Positions 54,681-64,000 of a stretch of 64,000 nucleotides of DNA are shown in pieces. The notes under the pieces are model-generated. The model saw nothing but the letters and a program-made list of their open reading frames with translations, had not been told where the DNA came from and did not search any database. The DNA is from Eledone cirrhosa. Lineage: Eukaryota. The translations under genes were made by a program, and so were the position numbers. The stretch covers positions 13,082,001-13,146,000 of the forward strand of contig OZ024745.1 of the NCBI GenBank assembly GCA_964016885.1, read 5' to 3'. Within the stretch, counting starts at the first letter, position 1. Every line of letters begins with the position of its first letter.

Positions 54681-55848
54681 ATCGTTGCTTTCACCCTTTG
54701 TTATTTTAATAAATATATTTTTCAATGACAAGAAATTTGAAATGTAAGTATCCCAACGCAAATGACCGTAATAACAGTCACTCACTATAATAGTTGAGAA
54801 AATCGAATAAAATACCGCCAGAGAGGGGGGGAAAAGGGCCATGATACCACTGAGGAAGTCAACATATCAAACATATCGGTAATTCATCTGAGGATACCGT
54901 CCTCATAATCAACAGCAAATGCATGAAGGACATCTCGATTGCATGGAGAACCGTGGAAATAATTATTATGATTAAACGATATATGTAGCCTCAGCATCTT
55001 ATTTTGTTATTTATATATATGTTGATAAGTAGAAGAGAAGACAATACTCTGATTCCATCGGGGAAATAGCCGTGTTCGATATGTAGGAAAGGAACTGGCA
55101 TAAATTCCATAAAATGTACGCAATGCAGATCTTGGGTACACAAGATATGTAGTGGGATAGCAGGCAATCTAACAGGTAGGGAAAACTACGTATGCAGCAG
55201 ATGTACAGGGAAAGTTGACTAGTAATCGCAGTGATAGACACATTTTTCCAATGCATGTGGGTTCTATAGAAGTGGTTGATAGCCTCCGGTACCTAGGAGG
55301 TGGTGAGAGCAGACCATGTGATCGCTGAAACTCACTGAGGAGATGACGAAGGACCGTGACAAGTGGAGAGTTGCTGTGCTGAATAGGACCCGTCCAACCC
55401 TTGCAAGCAGGGAAGAGCGGACGTAAAATGATGATGATGATAGCGAGAGACTCCTAGTCTTCACTAAGTCATCTCTCTAGGAGAAGGTCACTCTGACATA
55501 AAACCTGCGACATCGTTTGAATCCAATGATATAGACCAGTTCTTTTTGGGCAAATGCATTCGATGTTCAGAGAGTGGGATAGGCCCCATGCAAAGCCTTC
55601 CCTCACTTAAAAAAGCTTCAAGCAAAGGCATCGGTTGATATGTGGCATTTTTTGCGATGCCTGGTATTGCTGGCTATAGGTAAGTCGCTAGCATGACTAA
55701 AAGACCACGCTCGTGATGCTCATACTTAAATATCAAGCGATGGTATTACTCGAAATCAAGTTGCAGCCATCATCATGTATGTATGTATAATTCATGCTGG
55801 AATCGTAGAGTCTAAGCACAGCCGATTTCTTCCAGAGAGAGAGATAGC

Positions 55849-55919
<71 letters not shown>

Positions 55920-56076
55920 ATTTTCTGTCAACCCCGAAAGAGTAAAAAGCAAAGATGAAGTAGGCTGGATTTGAACGTAGAGGGCAGAATATAGGAACGA
56001 ATACCGCGACGTAACGATCTTGTCGATTCGCTGTTTATTTAGATACGTAGTTGACTCTATATGTTTGTAAGGCACA

Positions 56077-59000
56077 AGGCTTCCAGGGAAGTAACTCTTA
56101 GCTTTATAATGCTATACCATGAAATGTTAAAACATTTATTGAAGAGTGGTTTCCCTTGGAAGTCAACGCCTGTGATATGAATGACGCTATTCTAACCAGT
56201 AACACCACTACCACCATCATCACAACCATAGCTACCACAAACACAACTACCACCACCACCACCACACACCTCCACAATAATAACAACCACTGTGTCAAGC
56301 ACCACAATAAATACCACAACAAATAGCATCCCGATATACACACCATCACCACCACAACTAACGTCATCACCATAGCAACAACTTCCACCACTAAACACCA
56401 CTGTGTCAACCACCACAATAACCATCACAACGATCATCATCCCCATCACACACATACATCACTACCACCATCGCAACTACAACTACAACCGCCACCACCA
56501 ACCACTACCACAGCCTCTACCATATCGACAGCACCCCCACTACCACCATCACAACAGTCAGCACCATCACCATCACTAACACTATCATAACGACCACTAC
56601 CCCAACCACTACCTGCACCACCACCACCACCACTACCACCACAGCCACTACCACCACAATCAGCACTACCACCACAATCACTACCACAACAATCAGCACT
56701 ACCACCATTACTACCATTACAACCATCAGCACTACCACCACCACCACCACCACAATTACCACTACCACCACAACCACTACCATAACAATCAGCACTACCA
56801 CCATTACTACCATCACAACCATCAGCACCAGCACCACCACAACCACCACAACCACTACCACAACAGTCAGCACTACCACCATTACTACCATCACAACCAT
56901 CAGCACCACCACCACCATCACCATCACCACTACCACCACAACCACTACCACAACAATCAGCACTACCACCATTACTACCATCACAACCATCAGCACCACC
57001 ACCACCACCACCACCACCACCACCACTACCACCACAGCCACTACCACAACAATCAGCACTCCCACCACAACCACTACCACAACGATCAGCACTACCACCA
57101 TTACTACCATCACAACCATCAGCACCACCACCACCACCACCACCACCACTACCACCACAGCCACTACCACAACAATCAGCACTACCACCACAACCACTAC
57201 CACAACTATCAGCACTACCACCATTACTACCAACACAATCATCAGCACCAGCACCAGCACCACCACCACTACCACCACAGTCACTACCACAACAATCAGC
57301 ACTACCACCATTACTACCATCACAACCATCAGCACCAGCACCACCACCACAACCACTACCACCACAATCACTACCACAACAATCAGCACTACCACCATTA
57401 CTACCATCACAACCATCAGCACCAGCACCACCACCACCACCACTACCACCACAACCACTACCACAACAATCAGCACTACCACCATTACTACCATCACAAC
57501 CATCAGCACCAGCACCACCACTATCACCACTACCACCACAACCACTACCACAACTATCAGCACTACCACCATTACTACCAACACAACCATCAGCACCACC
57601 ACCACTACCACCACCACCACTACCACCACAACCACTACCACAACAATTAGCACTACCACCATTACTACCAACACAACCATCAGCACCACCACCACTACCA
57701 CTATCACCACTACCACCACAACCACTACCACAACTATCAGCACTACCACCATTACTACCAACACAACCATCAGCACCACCAGCACCACCACTATCACCAC
57801 TACCACCACAACCACTACCACAACAATCAGCACTACCACCATTACTACCAACACAACCATCAGCACCACCAGCACCACCACTATCACCACTACCACCACA
57901 ACCACTACCACAACTATCAGCACTACCACCATTACTACCAACACAACCATCAGCACCACCACCACTACCACCACCACCACTACCACCACAACCACTACCA
58001 CAACAATCAGCACTACCAGCATTACTACCATCACAACCATCAGCACCACCACCACTACCACCACAACCACTACCACAACAATCAACACTATCATCATTAC
58101 TACCGTCACAACAAACAGAGCACCACCACCATCACTACCACGACCAGTACCACCTCCACCACCACCATCAACACCACCAACACTACCAGTAACACAACCA
58201 TCACCACCAGTACCACCAGTACCACCACCACCACCAGTACTACCATCACCACCAACACCACGACCACCACCACCACCACCAGTTCCACCACCACCACACC
58301 AGTACTACAAATACCACCATCATCACCACCAGTACCACACCACCACCACCAGTACTACCACCACCACCAGTACCAACACCACCACCACCACCACCACCAA
58401 TACCACCACCACCACCATCACCACCACCACCTCCACCAACAATACCACCACCACCACCAGTACCACAACCACCACCATCACCACCACCAGTACTAACCCC
58501 CCTCCCCCCCCCACTAACCCCCATATCTCCACCATCACCCCCACATCCAGTACCATCACAACCACCACCACCACCACCGCAACCACCACCACCAGTACCA
58601 CCACCACCATCAACACCACCCCACCACCACCATCAACACCACCACCACCACCACCACAACCACCACCACCAGTACCACCACCACCAGTACCACCACCACC
58701 ATCAACACCACCACCACCACCACCAATACCACCAACACCACCATCACCAGTACAAAGACCCCCACCAGTACCCCCACCCCCACCATCACCACACCACCCG
58801 TACCTCACCACCACCGCCAACACCAATACCACCACCACCACCACCAGTACCCCCCCCCCACCACCACCATCACCACCATCACCAGTACCACCACAATCAC
58901 CATCACCACTATCACAACCACCATCACCACCATCACCAGTACCACCACCACGACCACCACCACTACCAGTACCACCACCATCACCACCAGTACTACCACC

Positions 59001-62000
59001 ACCACTAGTACTACCATCACCACCAGTACCACCAGTACCACCACCAGTACTACCATCACCACCACCACCACCACGACCACCATCACCAGTACCACCACCA
59101 CCACCACCACCAGTACCACTACCACCACCACCACCATTACCAGTACCACCACCACCACCACCACCAGTACTACCACCACCACCATCATCACCACCAGTTC
59201 CACCACCACCACCAATACTACCACCACCACCTGTACCAACAACAACAACAACACCATCTCTCGTCATTGTGATGAAATAGAAACCAGAGCTTAATCAAAT
59301 TACTAACGTTTAAAAAAGAAACTTGATGTCCATAATTGGAATACTCCCCCCCCCCCCCTACGGTTGTGTCTGATGAAGGCTGCTGGTTAGACAACAACAA
59401 AAGCCACGGTAATATCACTAGTAGCAACCACAGCAACTATTATCATCCGCTAAGTTAATAGCAAACTTGATCTCCTCATCATCATTAACCACCTCCCCTT
59501 CCCCCTCCCCTGCCCCTCCTTCTCCTCCTCCTCCTCCTCCTACTACTACTACTACTACTACTAGATATAAGCGGATGCCTCTATGTCCTCGCAAGACTTG
59601 CTAGAAACAACTGTCAAATCCCATCAACTCCCACAGTGTAGTTCGAAACATCTCTAAAAAAAATCATTAATAAATCATGAGGCAACTTCGATAACAAGAA
59701 CTGGTTTTCAGTTACAATGATCAACCACTGCTCACCTCAACATTGGGAGACCCTCACACCTGATTCTAAAGAGCTCTTTGTCGTTTGTATGAAGATAGAC
59801 CAAAAACTCCAAAGGTATTATATGTAAATTAAACACCCAGTCAATTTGAGGCTTCCAGGGAGGTAACTCTTGGCTTCATAATGCTATACCATGAAATATT
59901 AAAACATTTATTGAAGAGTGGTTTCCCTTGGAAGTCAACGCCTGTGATATGAATGACGCTATTCTAACCAGTAACACCACTACCACCATCATCACAACCA
60001 TAGCTACCACAAACACAACTACCACCACCACCACCACACACCTCCACAATAATAACAACCACTGTATCAAGCACCACAATAAATACCACAACAAATAGCA
60101 TCCCCATATACACACCATCACCACCACAACTAACGTCATCACCATAGCAACAACTTCCACCACTAAACACCACTGTGTCAACCACCACAATAACCATCAC
60201 AACGATCATCATCCCCATCACACAAGAACATCACTACCACCATCGCAACTACAACTACAACCGCCACCACCAACCACTACCACAGCCTCTACCATATCGA
60301 CAGCACCCCCACTACCACCATCACAACAGTCAGCACCATCACCATCACTACCACTATCATAACGACCACTACCACAACCACTACCACCACCACCACCACC
60401 ACTACCACCACAGCCACTACCACAACAATCAGCACTACCACCACAACCACTACCACAACAATCAGCACTACCACCATTACTACCATTACAACCATCAGCA
60501 CTACCACCACCACCACCACCACCACCACCACCACTACCACCACACCACTACCACAGCAATCAGCACTACCACAATAACTACCATCACAACCATCAGCACC
60601 AGCACCACCACCACTACCACCACAACCACTACCACAACATTGAGCACTACCACCATTACTACCATCAGAACCATAAGCACTACCACCACCACCACTACCA
60701 CCACAACCAGTACCACAACAATCAGCACTACCACCATTACTACCATTACAATCATCAGCAGCAGCACCACCACCACCACTACCACCACCACCACTACCAC
60801 AACAATCAGCACTACCACCATTACTACCATCACAACCATCAGCATCACCACCACCACCACTAACACCACCACCACCACCACTACCACCACAACCACTACC
60901 ACAACAACGAGCACTACCACCACCACCACCACCACCATCACCACCACCACCACCACCACCACCTCTACCACCACCACTACCACCACCACCTCCACTACCA
61001 CCACAACCACTACCACAACAACGAGCACTACCACCATTACTACCATCAGAACCATCAGCACTACCAGCACTACCACCACCACCACTACCACCACAACCAC
61101 TACCACAACAATCAGCACTACCACCATTACTGACATCACAAGCATCAGCACCCCCACCACCACCACCATCACCACTACCACCACAACCACTACCACAACA
61201 ATCAGCACTACCACCATTACTACCATCACAACCATCAGCACCACCACCACCACCACCACCACCACCACTACCACCAACACCATCACCACCAGTACAAACA
61301 CCACTACCAGTACCCCCACCACCACCAGTACCACCACCACCACCACCACCACCGCCACCACCAATACAACCAATACCACCATCACCACCACCACCAGTAC
61401 CACCAACATCACCACCACCACCAGTACCACTAACACCACCACCACCACCACCACCACCAGCACCACCACCACTACCAACATCACCACCACGACCATCAAT
61501 AACACCACCATACCACCACCATCACCACAACCACCACCACCACCACCACCATCACCACCACCACCACCACCACCACCACCACCACCACCATCACCACCAC
61601 CACCACCACCACCAGCACCCCCCTCCTCCTCCTCCTCCTCCTCCTTCTTCTTCTACTACTACTACTACTACTATTAGATATAAGCGGATGCCTCTATGTT
61701 GTCGCACGACTTGCTAGAAACAACTGTCAAATCCCATCAACTCCCACAGTGTAGTTCGAAGCATCTCTAAAAAAATATCATTAATAAATCATGAGGCAAC
61801 TTCGATAACAAGAACTGGTTTTCAGTTACAATGATCAACTACTGCTCACCTCAACATTGGGAGACCCCGGCATGTTGAAAAGCCCTCACACCTGATTCTA
61901 AAGAGCTCTTTGTCGTTTGTATGAAGATAGACCAAAAACTCCAAAGGTATTATATGTAAATTAAACACACGTTCAATTTGAGGCTTCCAGGGAGGGAACT

Positions 62001-62660
62001 CTTGGCTTCATAATGCTATACCATGAAATGTTAAAACATTTATTGAAGAGTGGTTTCCCTTGGAAGTCAACGCCTGTGATATGAATGACGCTATTCTAAC
62101 CAGTAACACCACAACCACCACTACCACCACAACCACTACCACAACAATCAGCACTACCACCATAACTACCATCACAACCATCAGCCCCACCACCACCACT
62201 ACCACCACAACCACTACCACAACAATCAGCACTACCACCATTACTACCATTACAACCATCAGCACTACCACCACTACCACCACCACCTCTACCACCACAA
62301 CCACTACCACAACAATCAGCACTACCACCATTACTACCATCACAACCATCACCCCCCCCCCCCCCCCCCACACCCACCACTACCACCACCACCACTACCA
62401 CAACAATCACCACTACCACCTCAACCACTACCACAACAATCAGCACTACCACCATTACTACCATCACAACCACCAGTACCACCACCACCACTACCACCAA
62501 CACCACCACCAGTACCACCACCGTCAGTACCACCACTACGACCACCACCCCCACCACAACCACCACCAGTACCACCACAGCCACCACCATCATCACCACC
62601 ACCAATACCACCACCACTACCTCCACCAGTACCACCAACACCACCACTAGTACCACCACA
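56077..62660 (+). repeat. Three-unit macrosatellite (starts 56077, 59849, 61981): conserved head, variable (ACC)-derived minisatellite block, conserved ~290-305 bp spacer
   Basis: Head AGGCTTCCAGGG...GCTATTCTAACCAGTAAC occurs three times; spacer 59562-59848 matches 61675-61980; internal ~85-90 bp ACC/ATC/AGC unit. Confidence 0.9.
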
Positions 62661-63317
62661 ATTATAAATTAAACAATTAAAAAATTAACAATTAGAAATT
62701 AAAAAATTTTTCAAGTGAGAATCCGGTTTGAGGTGAGCAAAAAAATATATAGACTGAAGTGAGTAAATAATATGGAGAGAGATGTTTAAGTAACAAGTTC
62801 TGAGAGCGGTTCTAATGTCACAGTTACACACTAATTGTTTAATTTATAATTTCTGATATTTGATTTAGGATTTTAATTTTTATTTCCAACTCTCACTCAT
62901 AACTTCCAATGTAAAACCATGATACCTAGAATTAAGTTTATTTTCTTCTTAGCAGTTGATGGTCAGTCGTACTGTCCACGCTTGGTGAGAGGTAGTATTG
63001 TGACCTGTAAAAACTAACACTCTCCCATCCCCTCTGGCTTTCAGCTGACTGCTACAGTCGGGATGGGTAGCAGTAAACTATGGTACAGGCCTAAGTGGGT
63101 CATTGTTTGGCTGAGAGGGTGAAGTGACTAAGCGAATTTCGCTGAAATCTGCGGTAACTAATGGTCAACTCCCTTCGGACATGCGCCTGCGCAGACCGGT
63201 GGGGGTGAATTGGTACTCACAGGGGAACGAATGAAGAACTCAAAAGCACACACTTCGTCCGTTCCCATGTCGATTCAATTTAGATTGCCTCGGAAACATA
63301 ACCTTATTATGTAACAA

Positions 63318-63391
63318 GCTGTCTGATGATGTCACGACACTCGAACACAGAACAGTGTGGCCAGTGTCGTAATTGAAATATATATCACCGC
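63318..63391 (+). ncRNA. Hammerhead-like motif with extended stem II, probably in a Penelope-like pLTR
   Basis: GCTGT-CTGATGA-..ACGACACT...AGTGTCGT..-GAAA-TATATA-TC-ACCGC; stem I pairs at 4 of 5 positions. Confidence 0.5.
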
Positions 63392-63511
63392 ATTATTAAA
63401 GGACTTGAACATCTGAAACTACTTCGCTTTTCCTTATTCGATATTTACTCCGTCACTCCTATGTGGAAAAAGTACGTTGAGTGCTTGAATTGAATTGCAT
63501 CAATGTTTACC

Positions 63512-63558
<47 letters not shown>

Positions 63559-63672
63559 GTTTGAATATGTGTAATAAAGCCAAAACAATGCAGGTATGGA
63601 CATAGAAAAAAGAATGCAATTGTAAAAGATATTGTTGACAATTCGTCCTTTACCTTAGATTTATTTAAATGT

Positions 63673-63707
63673 CCTTAATTTTCGAGATAATATCTCTTCT
63701 TCAGAGG
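63673..63707 (-). ncRNA. Minimal type I hammerhead ribozyme motif (Penelope-type)
   Basis: Minus strand CCT-CTGAAGA-A-GAGAT(ATT)ATCTC-GAAA-AT-TA-AGG, with palindromic AATT at stem III. Confidence 0.7.
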
Positions 63708-64000
63708 GAAATAAATGTCTCAAACCAGCGTTCTAAATATCTTGCCAAGTCATGCTGACAGGAAATAGTATAGAGTATCTGTTCTATCTCTAATGTCAAA
63801 GAGTTAAAATTAGGTGGATAAAGAGTAGTCTCCCTTTAAAAGGGGTTTGTTTAGGGTTTTTTTAATTTTTTTTTATTTTATATACATGCCTGTATAAGTG
63901 TGTGGGAGAATGCATGAAGGTGTAAGTATGTGAGTGTGTGTGTGTGAGTGTGAGAAGATAAGTCTATTCGTAAATGTGGGGGATAGGTGTTATCTGGTGT

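Noticed and set aside
59368-59410. Hammerhead-like CTGATGAAGGCT...AGCC
   Set aside because: The GAAA half of the core is missing (reads AGCCACGG).
56517-62659. Poly-Val and poly-Gly minus-strand ORFs (530, 314, 325, 187 aa)
   Set aside because: They are antisense readings of the (ACC)n-derived satellite, with no domain structure or splice context.

Overview
This is animal nuclear DNA, not prokaryotic. The SINE/LINE families and the very dense (TA)n, (ACC)n and (CCCTAA)-like repeats look like those of an octopod cephalopod; that taxon call is pattern recognition, not a database result. The window is almost entirely repeats, and most entries in the ORF track are microsatellite or antisense artefacts. 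Retroelements: several RTE-clade LINE copies; a near full-length minus-strand RTE (4729-11940) interrupted by a young, internally deleted Ty3/Gypsy element with a long open pol (5247-8912, AGTC target-site duplication); CRE-like, L1/Tx1-like and I-group LINE relics; Penelope-like pieces carrying five hammerhead-ribozyme motifs; tRNA-derived SINEs. DNA-level elements: non-autonomous Helitrons, a TIR element, a ~9 kb tandem segmental duplication that starts inside a Helitron (~24.9-34.0 kb vs ~43.9-52.0 kb) and a Thr/Pro-codon macrosatellite (56-62.7 kb). No host gene can be named with confidence. The least-explained block is 12.0-20.65 kb. It holds three candidate phase-1 mini-exons encoding an acidic peptide, hexamer satellites, and a tandem array of long hairpins whose third copy shows a compensatory base-pair change.
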